Assembly (NCBI GenBank): GCA_044356215.1 | Contig: JBIKWQ010000012.1 | Coordinates: 1 to 51,395 of the forward strand | Source of the DNA: Bdellovibrionota bacterium | Lineage (GTDB): Bacteria; Bdellovibrionota_C; UBA2361; OMII01 | DNA: 51,395 bases | Direction of reading: 5' to 3' | In this document: positions 9,690-18,168 of the stretch, piece after piece | Layout: each line of letters begins with the position of its first letter | Numbering within the stretch: the first letter of the stretch is position 1 | Made by a program: the position numbers and the translations under genes | The notes under the pieces: generated by a model | Databases searched by the model: none | Seen by the model: the letters and a program-made list of their open reading frames with translations, nothing else | Told to the model about the DNA's origin: nothing

Positions 9690-10022
9690 GTGGTTTTTAA
9701 GGAATGGCTAAAACTTTTCTCCTACTCACAAGGGATGAATTTTAGCTGGTACACGAACCCAGTTCACATAGGCTCTTTAATTCCAATCGATCGCCAACTA
9801 CTCTCGATGTTTGGGATATCGATCGCGGTTATATTCACCTTTGCCGGATTATACTTTAGAAAGATGTCGTTAGCTTCCTGCGCTACCATCGGCTTCTTAC
9901 TAACCGCTCCCTATGTTGGGCCGTACGAACTCGTACTCTTCTTCCTTCCGGTTGTGGCGCTTGAGGCGGATATGGCTACTCGCTCAACTCCACCTGATAG
10001 TGCCCACCCCGAGAATTCTTGA
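9690..10022 (+). pseudogene. Possible C-terminal fragment of a GT87/DUF2029-like membrane glycosyltransferase
   Basis: LLTAPYVGPYELVLFFLP resembles the GT87 late-TM motif; too short, no RBS, runs into the convergent symporter. Confidence 0.35.
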
Positions 10023-11421
10023 TCGCTTGCGGACCAAACGATCCCAGAAGCATCCCCACTACAGCCCCAAGCAATCCTGCTAGCTGCGCTGGAAACTCCT
10101 CGCCAGCTGGTGTTAAGACGAACAAAAGCCAAGCTACGACTCCTAATACTATCGAGAACACAGCACCCTGAGTCGTCGCGCGCGGCCAATAAAGTCCACA
10201 CAGAAGCGGAATAAACGCACCGACTAATGTCACCTGATAAGCCCCTGAGACCATCTCGTATATCGAGGTTCCCTGCATCGCTATCGCGTAGGCCAAAACC
10301 ATCGCGCTAAATACCAGCACCGTAACGCGCATCGCGTATAGCTCATTACCGTCCTCTTTAAAGGGGCGAATCTGTCTCCAGATATTCTCTGTAAATGTCA
10401 CACTTGGAGCTAAAAGGGTCGCCGACGCGCACGACTTAATAGCCGATAGCAGAGCCCCGAAAAAAAGCACCTGCATAATCATCGGCATCTTGGTCATTAC
10501 TAGTGTCGGCAAAACTTTTTGAGGGTCCTCAGCAATTAACTGATTAGCCTGCTCTGGCATAATAATTAGCGCGCTAACGACTAAAAACATCGGCACGAAC
10601 GCGAAGATGATGTAACAGATACCACCGATTACCGGGCCACGGGTCGCCGAGTACTCATTATTGGCCGACATCACACGTTGAAAAACATCCTGTTGCGGAA
10701 TCGAACCCAACATCATCGTAATCGCCGCCGCTATAAAAAAGAGCACATCCTTTAGGTTAGGCTCGGGAAAGAAGTTAAACATATCCCGACTGACGGCGAG
10801 TTCGATCACCTTATCAGCCCCTCCAGCTTGGTGGCCCGCGAAAACGGCTAATATCCCTAAACCAAGAACAAGAACGATCATCTGAATAAAATCAGTTATC
10901 GCCACTGACCACATACCTCCAAAGAGGGTGTATGCTAGAATTGATATAACCCCAATCACCATCCCTACCGGAATCGAGATATATTCGTTGGAAAGAACAT
11001 TAAAAACCACCCCAAGCGCCGTTACCTGCGCGGCGACCCACCCTAAATAGCTAATCATGATCATCACAGAGCAGATTAGCTCAACCACCCGACCGTAACG
11101 CTCGCGGTAATAATCACTTATAGTCAGAAGGGTCATCTTGTAGAGCTTCGAGGCGAAGAATAACCCCACCAAGATTAAACAGGTGCCGGCTCCAAAGGGA
11201 TCCTCAACGATACCGTGAAGACCTGAATTGACGAACTTTGCTGGGATACCCAGCACAGTCTCTGAACCAAACCAGGTAGCAAAGGTGGTTGTAACGATCA
11301 TAACAAGTGGAAGGTGCCGACCAGCTATCGCGAAATCAGCGGTGTTTTTAACCCTCCTAGCGGCGAATAAGCCGATAGCTATTGTGACCAAGAGATATCC
11401 AAGAACGAAAGTTAGAAGCAT
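9976..11421 (-). CDS. Sodium:solute symporter (SSS/PutP superfamily)
   Basis: About 13 TM; DFAIAGRHLP, ATWFGSE, YTLFGGMWSVAITDFIQ, QDVFQRVMSA; GGAGG upstream of ATG 11421. Confidence 0.95.
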   Translation of the reverse strand: MLLTFVLGYLLVTIAIGLFAARRVKNTADFAIAGRHLPLVMIVTTTFATWFGSETVLGIPAKFVNSGLHGIVEDPFGAGTCLILVGLFFASKLYKMTLLTISDYYRERYGRVVELICSVMIMISYLGWVAAQVTALGVVFNVLSNEYISIPVGMVIGVISILAYTLFGGMWSVAITDFIQMIVLVLGLGILAVFAGHQAGGADKVIELAVSRDMFNFFPEPNLKDVLFFIAAAITMMLGSIPQQDVFQRVMSANNEYSATRGPVIGGICYIIFAFVPMFLVVSALIIMPEQANQLIAEDPQKVLPTLVMTKMPMIMQVLFFGALLSAIKSCASATLLAPSVTFTENIWRQIRPFKEDGNELYAMRVTVLVFSAMVLAYAIAMQGTSIYEMVSGAYQVTLVGAFIPLLCGLYWPRATTQGAVFSIVLGVVAWLLFVLTPAGEEFPAQLAGLLGAVVGMLLGSFGPQAIKNSRGGHYQVELSE

Positions 11422-11614
11422 TTGGGCCAAACCTCCTAGAGTGCTGTAAATACCTGGATGCGGGAAAGATTAAAGATTAATGGAGTAATATACTGGAAAT
11501 GGGGGGTGTGTCGACCCATGCTAAGAAGCTTAAGTGATTTAACAAAATGAGATTGGGGCCGCTGCCCAGAAACTAGAAGAAATCAGTCTCAAATGTAATT
11601 GCCTTACCCCCCCC

Positions 11615-11903
11615 CTGACTATTACCCACATCCTGGGAAATAAGTCTTCACAGAGAGGGATGAGGACAACAAGTAGGTAAAAACCCTTTTTCCGGCTCGC
11701 CGCTCTCTTTTACTCTTTGTAAAGAAATGATTAATTCGTCAATCCTGAACAGCTTTTTCACAAAGAGACCAGCGAGAGCAGAGAGGGGAAAGGAAAAGGT
11801 GAAGTATAAGAGATCTGGAGCCATGCCTGACAGGACTGAGCTAATTCCAAGATTATTATCGACACATCTTCCCTCTGAACTACTACTTGTGGGTAATAGT
11901 GAG
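11615..11903. mobile_element. MITE, 289 bp, 16-bp TIRs, poly-C target-site duplication
   Basis: CTGACTATTACCCACA (11615-11630) / TGTGGGTAATAGTGAG (11888-11903), 15/16 match; C8 on both flanks (11607-11614, 11904-11911); internal inverted repeats. Confidence 0.8.
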
Positions 11904-11967
11904 CCCCCCCCCTCCCTCCTTTTAGGCTTAGGTGGATTAGTTATCGCAGGTGGGGTAAAATTAGAGG

Positions 11968-12561
11968 ATGTCTGCGCTCAAGCAACGATTACTGCCAGGT
12001 TTTTCAGATTCGTCTCCGTTGGATCTCGCCAATCTTGAGCTCTCATCCTTAAAGCCAACAGAAATCCCTCATGACTATCGCCCCGTCGCGAATTCCCCTA
12101 AAATCACCGAGCTTGATAGCAGTTTTTTCTTTGAGACTGGCAGAAACTTAAAAGACCATCTTCAACGCTCCCTATCGACACATCCCGCCTGCGACAACGA
12201 GAATCCGAATTGGTTTGCTGAGGCGGCATTACAAGATCCTGTATCAATCCTTGTAACCTTCGCCAATAAGTACAAGCCCAAAGGGGGCTACTGGCAGACT
12301 TGCGTGGCGGCTGTAACCTCAACTATTCATCAAGCTGAAAATATCTTAGAAGCAGATAGAAAAGCTCTAATAGACAAGCTGCGAGGATTTTATCTGGCTA
12401 TCCCGACTGACTATAATCCCCATGACTTAGCTAAAATAGGCCTTACAGACCGCAACAGAGCTGACAAATTGGCCAAGGCGTTAAGGGAATATTTTACCTT
12501 ACTCGATTTTAAGTACAGCTCCCTATCGGACTTGGCTACACCACGTAAGAGCCCGAAGTAA
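11968..12561 (+). CDS. Hypothetical protein
   Basis: 197-aa ORF; no motif recognised. Confidence 0.55.
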   Translation: MSALKQRLLPGFSDSSPLDLANLELSSLKPTEIPHDYRPVANSPKITELDSSFFFETGRNLKDHLQRSLSTHPACDNENPNWFAEAALQDPVSILVTFANKYKPKGGYWQTCVAAVTSTIHQAENILEADRKALIDKLRGFYLAIPTDYNPHDLAKIGLTDRNRADKLAKALREYFTLLDFKYSSLSDLATPRKSPK

Positions 12562-12723
12562 CACAACAAACCAAAATCTCAGCGTTTAAAAATAGTCCGT
12601 TACATTTGCTTAACACCCCCACCCCCTTGCGCCGATCCATTTTTCATCTAGTATCTCCCTGTGCCGTAGAGACTTCCGCTCATCGGTGCTACTTAAAATT
12701 AGAAATTTAGTCGTAAACACCCC

Positions 12724-13596
12724 ATGTCCACAGTCGGCGCTCCTCTTCATCCCTACAATATTATCAAACAATCCGCGTTTTGGGGCATTCATCTAGGTTG
12801 CCTCTTAGTTTTTATCTGCGGTTTTAGTTGGGCGGCTCTGGCTGTCTGCATAGCTCTTTATGTAATACGCATGTTTGGAATCACCGGGGTTTACCACCGC
12901 TACTTTTCACACCGCAGCTACAAAACGAGCCGTGTTTTTCAGTTCGTTCTGGCCTTCTTAGGCGCTACATCTGCCCAAAAGGGCCCTATCTGGTGGGCCT
13001 CTCACCACCGTCATCACCATCAGTACTCAGATACCGAGGAGGATATACATCCGCCAAGGATCTACGGTCTCTGGTGGGCTCATGTCGGCTGGGTTTTAAG
13101 CACCCAGTTTGTTGGTACTCGCTTAGAGCTCGTGCGGGACTTGATGAAATTCCCTGAGCTGCGTTGGTTAGATACATACCACCTAGTCCCTCCAGCTCTT
13201 TTGATGATAGCGGTGACAGGTTTTGGATATCTCTGTCAGGCCTTCTGGCCAGAGCTGCATACAGGCCCACTTCAGATGTTTGTTTGGGGTTTCTGCATCA
13301 GCACCACCCTACTTTATCACGGCACATTCTGTATAAACTCTCTCGCCCACATCCTGGGCAAGGCACGTTTTAAAACTGGTGACGATAGTAAGAACAGCCT
13401 CTTCTTGGCGCTCATTACCCTAGGAGAGGGTTGGCACAACAATCACCACAGATATCCTGGCTCTGAGCGCCAAGGGTTTTACTGGTGGGAGATCGATATA
13501 TCGCACTATATCCTCAAGGGGCTAGCATGCCTTGGACTAGTTTGGGAACTCCGTGAGCCACCGGCGAGGATTTACGAAGAGGCTCGCGCTGTGTAG
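12724..13596 (+). CDS. Acyl-CoA/acyl-lipid delta-9 desaturase
   Basis: His boxes HRYFSH, HRHHH and HNNHH; GEGWHNNHH. Confidence 0.95.
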   Translation: MSTVGAPLHPYNIIKQSAFWGIHLGCLLVFICGFSWAALAVCIALYVIRMFGITGVYHRYFSHRSYKTSRVFQFVLAFLGATSAQKGPIWWASHHRHHHQYSDTEEDIHPPRIYGLWWAHVGWVLSTQFVGTRLELVRDLMKFPELRWLDTYHLVPPALLMIAVTGFGYLCQAFWPELHTGPLQMFVWGFCISTTLLYHGTFCINSLAHILGKARFKTGDDSKNSLFLALITLGEGWHNNHHRYPGSERQGFYWWEIDISHYILKGLACLGLVWELREPPARIYEEARAV

Positions 13597-13731
13597 TTGA
13601 GATGGCTGTCCGGCGCCGCGAGAATGTATGCGCTGGATGGTCAATCCCTAAGCAGGCCTAATCTTTATCTTCCTCCTACACCTGCACCTACCTCATCCTC
13701 TTCTTCCTTATCCTGCTCCCTCATCAATTTC

Positions 13732-13820
13732 TACATCGAGGTCACGGAGGGCCACGAAGATTTCACTTTGCTTATTTCGTCAACATTTATCTCTCTGCGG
13801 CCCTCCGTGACCTCGATGTA
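13732..13820. repeat. Perfect 22-bp inverted repeat (REP-like hairpin)
   Basis: TACATCGAGGTCACGGAGGGCC (13732-13753) / GGCCCTCCGTGACCTCGATGTA (13799-13820). Confidence 0.85.
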
Positions 13821-13948
13821 AACTCTATTTAGGGATTGGCCCCGCCAAACCAAATAACCCTCTGCTATCACTAGCTAAAAACCCCCATCCCCCGCCCCCC
13901 TCGCTCTTTTGCACCCATCTATCGCCTCATAGTCATCTAAACCTCTTA

Positions 13949-15238
13949 GTGAGGATTCTATTAATCAATCAGAACTGGTTTTCCCCTGAGTTAAGGGAGA
14001 TGGGACACGAGGTACTGACCTGCGGTATGAGGCCGCACCTTGAGTACCAGATCAACAAATCAGTTATTCATATAGATGAACTACTAAATAGACTCCCTAA
14101 CGGCTTTAAACCGGATCGAATCGTCTGGTTAGACCACAGCGGTCTAATCACCATTCTTGGCTTAGAGGATTGCGATATTCCCAAGACACTCTACTCCGTA
14201 GACACACACCATCACTACGCGAGGCACGCGGCGATTGCTCACAGCTTTGACCATGTATTCGTCGCCCAAAAAGATTACATCAGTCACTTCGCTAATTGCG
14301 GCGCTCCAGTGTCGTGGCTCCCCCTGTGGGCCTCTGAGTATGTAGAAAGCTCGGAAGAGAAGAAGCACGGGGTTGTGTTTGTTGGCACACTAGACCGAAA
14401 GCTAAACCCAGCGCGCGTTGATTTCTTTGAGGAGATGAAGCGTCTTATTCCGATCGAAGTCATTCAAGGCTACTTCCCCTCTATCTTTCCGCACGCGGAG
14501 ATAGTTCTTAACCAAACGGTGAAAGGAGACCTAAATTTTAGGGTATTTGAGGCGATGATGTGTGGCGCCCTATTACTAACTGAAAGTTCAGGGAACGGGC
14601 TGTTAGATCTATTTGAAGATGGCAAGCACCTAGTCACATACACACCACGAGATCCAAAAGACGCCGCTGAAAAAGCGTCGCGCTTAATGGCTGACAAAGA
14701 AACATCCAGTCGTATCGCCGCCGCAGGTAGGCACGAGATTCTCATGCGGCACACAGCTAAAGAGAGAGCTAAAACTGTCGAGCAGGTTTTACTTAATATC
14801 AAAAAGCGCTCCGCGACACCTGCCCGCCATATAGGAGCGATGATAAACCTCCTCTCTATCAGCCTCTACGCTGAAGGTGAGCATCCCGGTCTAAGCAGGA
14901 GCAGCTCCACCCTAGCTCTGCAATCCGCGCTACGAGCTTTAAGCGATGGTCACAGTTTCAGAGATAGCGAGATCGAGCAGATCATTAAATGTGCCTTGCG
15001 CCACGATATATTATTCGGTGATCGGATGGGCGCGTCCGCAATCGATATATTCTATAGTGCCTTTCCGAAAGCGCCGATATTCGCGCTTTTAAAACTGCGC
15101 GCCCTCCTTAACTCTGGTCGAATAACTGAGGCCACATCTCTTTCGCTAGAGATAGCGCCTGGCGTCGCGCCACAGGAGACCTTCGCGATCGCGGAGCGCG
15201 CGGCTGGGGCTTTCATTGAGCAGACGGTGAGGAAGTGA
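13949..15238 (+). CDS. Glycosyltransferase, CgeB / Glyco_trans_1_2-like, with helical C-terminal extension
   Basis: SVDTH, VVFVG, IVLNQ, DLNFRVFEAMMCGALLLT, RIAAAG..HT motifs. Confidence 0.88.
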   Translation: MRILLINQNWFSPELREMGHEVLTCGMRPHLEYQINKSVIHIDELLNRLPNGFKPDRIVWLDHSGLITILGLEDCDIPKTLYSVDTHHHYARHAAIAHSFDHVFVAQKDYISHFANCGAPVSWLPLWASEYVESSEEKKHGVVFVGTLDRKLNPARVDFFEEMKRLIPIEVIQGYFPSIFPHAEIVLNQTVKGDLNFRVFEAMMCGALLLTESSGNGLLDLFEDGKHLVTYTPRDPKDAAEKASRLMADKETSSRIAAAGRHEILMRHTAKERAKTVEQVLLNIKKRSATPARHIGAMINLLSISLYAEGEHPGLSRSSSTLALQSALRALSDGHSFRDSEIEQIIKCALRHDILFGDRMGASAIDIFYSAFPKAPIFALLKLRALLNSGRITEATSLSLEIAPGVAPQETFAIAERAAGAFIEQTVRK

Positions 15239-15307
15239 GGGAGCCGAAGCAAAATAACTTATTAAGGAATATAATAACGGCCACGATCCAAAAAATCTGG
15301 TGAGCAA

Positions 15308-15823
15308 TTATTTTGATTGAAAGACCTCTTTCGTAGCGTTTAATAGAAGATTACCTACACTGATTCGTGGCTTATCGTTTTCAACCCCTTCAGTGATCAA
15401 ATAGATCACAAAGTTTTTCTTCTCACCACTCTTAGTCTTAAAGCTACGCGCCATTGCTATTCCTGACTTACCACTAACATCATAGGTAGGCGCGGTCGCG
15501 CTATCCTCTGTTAATGAAGCGAATTCATCAAAGAATGGGATAAAAGCATTCTGTATAATCGCGTCGATCGCTCCGGGGCCGCGGGTCTCCTGTAAAACCG
15601 TTGTGCTACTAAGAAGAGCCCTAAAAGCGGCGGAGTCCCCTTTCACCAAAGCGTCAATCGCTTTATCGAATACTCGACTGTAAGGGTCAGAGCGCGCGCC
15701 AAGCCTGTCCTGCTCGGTGATGCCTTCTGCACCGGTTGGGGCGGCGTAGCAGACAGAAGTATTGAGAGTAACAACGGATAAGTAGCAGGCGTAGAGGATC
15801 GAGAGGAAGTTAGTTGCTTGCAT
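15308..15823 (-). CDS. Exported hypothetical protein (gene X)
   Basis: Signal-peptide-like N-terminus from MQATNF; soluble alpha/beta body. Confidence 0.7.
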   Translation of the reverse strand: MQATNFLSILYACYLSVVTLNTSVCYAAPTGAEGITEQDRLGARSDPYSRVFDKAIDALVKGDSAAFRALLSSTTVLQETRGPGAIDAIIQNAFIPFFDEFASLTEDSATAPTYDVSGKSGIAMARSFKTKSGEKKNFVIYLITEGVENDKPRISVGNLLLNATKEVFQSK

Positions 15824-15864
15824 GGGGGATATTTTAGCTGTGTTTGGTGATTTGGACAAACGGG
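15708..15864 (-). repeat. Direct repeat copy A (5' end and upstream of gene X)
   Basis: 157 bp, about 21 mismatches by eye versus 16644-16800. Confidence 0.9.
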
Positions 15865-15900
15865 TAGATTAGAGCAGAAACGGACTATTACGGCCCTGAC

Positions 15901-16200
15901 CTACGCTCGGCGTCTGAGAGGCTCTACATCTTCTATTACCGATTCATCTACTTGGCTCAGTTCCCAGTTTTTTTGCAGATTCATCCAGGTCGAAGCGGAC
16001 CCTCCAAAAGCCTTAGCGAGAATAACCGCCATTTCCGCTGATATGCCGCGACGTCCCTTGCATATCTCGTTTATCTTTGAGGGATCCATCTTCAAGTGAC
16101 GCGCTAGCTGCACCTGGGAGAGTCCGTTCTCCTCTATCATCTCTTGAAGAATCTCCCCTGGATGAACCGCTATTGAAAAATTACCGTCATAGTTTTTCAT
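15901..16200 (-). CDS. higA: HigA family addiction module antitoxin (XRE HTH)
   Basis: HPGEIL, HTH, RGISAEMA..LAKAFG, WMNLQ. Confidence 0.93.
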   Translation of the reverse strand: MKNYDGNFSIAVHPGEILQEMIEENGLSQVQLARHLKMDPSKINEICKGRRGISAEMAVILAKAFGGSASTWMNLQKNWELSQVDESVIEDVEPLRRRA

Positions 16201-16209
16201 ATAAGTCCG

Positions 16210-16506
16210 TCAGTGGTAGTCCGTAATTTCTACTATCTCGGCGTTTTTCCCATCCCAGATAAAGCAAATGCGGTATTGGTTATTAATTTTAATAGCGTAT
16301 TGTCCTCTCCTGTCACCCCTTAGCGCATGAAGCCCAAGGCCCTGACGGGCACTTAAGTCTTTGATCGATTCTACAGCCGCGAGAAACGCAAGCTTGCGCC
16401 TCGCTGCGGCATGAAGTGTTGAAGGCAGTGCTTTTCTCGCCTCCTTCGAATCGACCCCGATAGCGATATCGCGAGTCGCTTTATCTCTGTAGGTTTTTAT
16501 CGCCAC
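16210..16506 (-). CDS. higB: HigB/RelE-family toxin (killer protein type)
   Basis: LHALRGDRRGQYAIKINNQYRICFIW..VEITDYH; toxin precedes antitoxin; GTG start. Confidence 0.93.
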   Translation of the reverse strand: MAIKTYRDKATRDIAIGVDSKEARKALPSTLHAAARRKLAFLAAVESIKDLSARQGLGLHALRGDRRGQYAIKINNQYRICFIWDGKNAEIVEITDYH

Positions 16507-16609
16507 ATTGCTACTATGGCACAATCCATTAATTTTTGCGAAGTAATTTTATTTGCTACCCATTTCAAAGAGTTAATTCTTCAATACCGCGTCTATTCCG
16601 CGCCTGTCC

Positions 16610-16800
16610 CTACCCCCAACCAACGAAATGTAGGCACTCTGTATCCTGCTCGGTGATGCCTTCAGCTCCCGTCGGGGCGGCGAGGCAGATGGGGGTATTG
16701 AGAGTTATGACAGATAAGTAACAGGCGCAGAGGATCGAGAGAAGATTAGTTGCTCGCATGGGAGATATTTTAGCTGTGTTTGGTGATTTGGACAAACGGG
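16610..16800 (-). pseudogene. Chimeric remnant: 5' end of a gene X ortholog fused to a degenerate copy of the TadE-like gene 3' end
   Basis: 16644-16800 matches 15708-15864; 16607-16627 matches 18166-18187. Confidence 0.75.
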
Positions 16801-16938
16801 GCGAATCATCCGGAAAAGTTGATGGCTTAAGGAGCATTTCGTAAATCTCGATTTGGGAGACTTAAACCTAAAAAATCCTTGATTCACCACTTCTGTTGCT
16901 AGTAGTATTAAATCGGATTATCCTAGAAAATTCGAGTT

Positions 16939-18144
16939 ATGATCTCTAGACATATTAACCTTATAGATTTATTGGGAAACAACTCATCTTGCTTATTGCT
17001 AGGCGCTCGCGGGACTGGAAAGACCAAACTATCCAAAGCATGGATTAATTCCCAGCCCGCGTCGCTTTCCTATAACCTCCTCGACCCTGATGAGTTTAGG
17101 CGTCTCTTATTAAACCCTGGGCAGCTCAAAGTTGAAGTTAGAGCACGGCTATCAACTCTCCCCGCAACACAGATCCTCTCAGTCTTTATCGATGAGATTC
17201 AAAAGATCCCGGAGCTACTCGATGTCTGCCACCTCCTTATCGAGGAGGAGAAACCGCGTGTGAGATTTCTTCTGACCGGTTCAAGCGCTCGCAAACTTAA
17301 AACAAAGGGCGCCAACCTTCTAGCTTCACGCGCGCTCTCTATAAGACTCCATCCCCTAACTCATCTTGAGCTGCTCGATCAAGGATATTCTCTTGAGGAC
17401 CAACTCCGTTACGGATCAATCCCGGCGATATATTCAGCTGAACATCGAGAGGAATCTCTGCGCTCTTATGTGGATACATACCTCAAAGAGGAGATTCAGC
17501 AAGAAGCTGTCGTTAGAAAATTAGATAAGTTCTTTAGCTTCATTGATGTAGCCGCGCAGCTAAACGGCGAAGTAATAAATATGAGCAAGATGGCTCGCCA
17601 ACTAGGTGTAGCTGATAAAACGATCAGCGACTACTTCCAGGTTATGATCGATACGCTTTTAGTAATCAAACTTCCCGGATGGGATCGCTCACTAAAAAAA
17701 CAGATTATAAAAAGTCCAAAGTTTTATTTCTTTGATTGCGGGGTTTTGAACGCTGCCGCGCGAGAATTACGATCGTCTCTACCCTTAGGAGGAGCTCGCT
17801 ATGGACGACTCTTTGAACAATTCGTTATAACCGAGACATATCGCATCAACGACTATTTTAGGCGGGATTACGCCATGTCATTCTACTCAACAGGCTCATC
17901 AGAGGTAGATTTAGTCCTATCTCGTAGTAGGCGCGAGCCGCCGATTGGTATCGAGATAAAATCAAGCCCGATCATTCATCGACAGGACCTCAGTGGTCTA
18001 GCACTCTTCGCGAGCGAATATCCTGAAAGCCCACTTTATTGCCTATCAACAAATGAGAAGGCTTATGACATAGAGATCGCCCCCAACAGAATGGTTCATG
18101 TGTTAAACTACAGTGAGGGGATAGTAAGGATTCTGGGAATCTAG
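16939..18144 (+). CDS. AAA+ ATPase (AAA_14) with DUF4143 and C-terminal PD-(D/E)XK-like motif
   Basis: GARGTGKT, FIDEIQK, LTGSS, SPKFYFFDCG, LFEQFV, EVDLV..IEIKS. Confidence 0.92.
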   Translation: MISRHINLIDLLGNNSSCLLLGARGTGKTKLSKAWINSQPASLSYNLLDPDEFRRLLLNPGQLKVEVRARLSTLPATQILSVFIDEIQKIPELLDVCHLLIEEEKPRVRFLLTGSSARKLKTKGANLLASRALSIRLHPLTHLELLDQGYSLEDQLRYGSIPAIYSAEHREESLRSYVDTYLKEEIQQEAVVRKLDKFFSFIDVAAQLNGEVINMSKMARQLGVADKTISDYFQVMIDTLLVIKLPGWDRSLKKQIIKSPKFYFFDCGVLNAAARELRSSLPLGGARYGRLFEQFVITETYRINDYFRRDYAMSFYSTGSSEVDLVLSRSRREPPIGIEIKSSPIIHRQDLSGLALFASEYPESPLYCLSTNEKAYDIEIAPNRMVHVLNYSEGIVRILGI

Positions 18145-18168
18145 GGAGACGACCTGCTTGCTACCTCC

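Noticed and set aside
11727..12038. 103-aa ORF
   Set aside because: Runs through the MITE interior, TIR and poly-C flank; no protein motif
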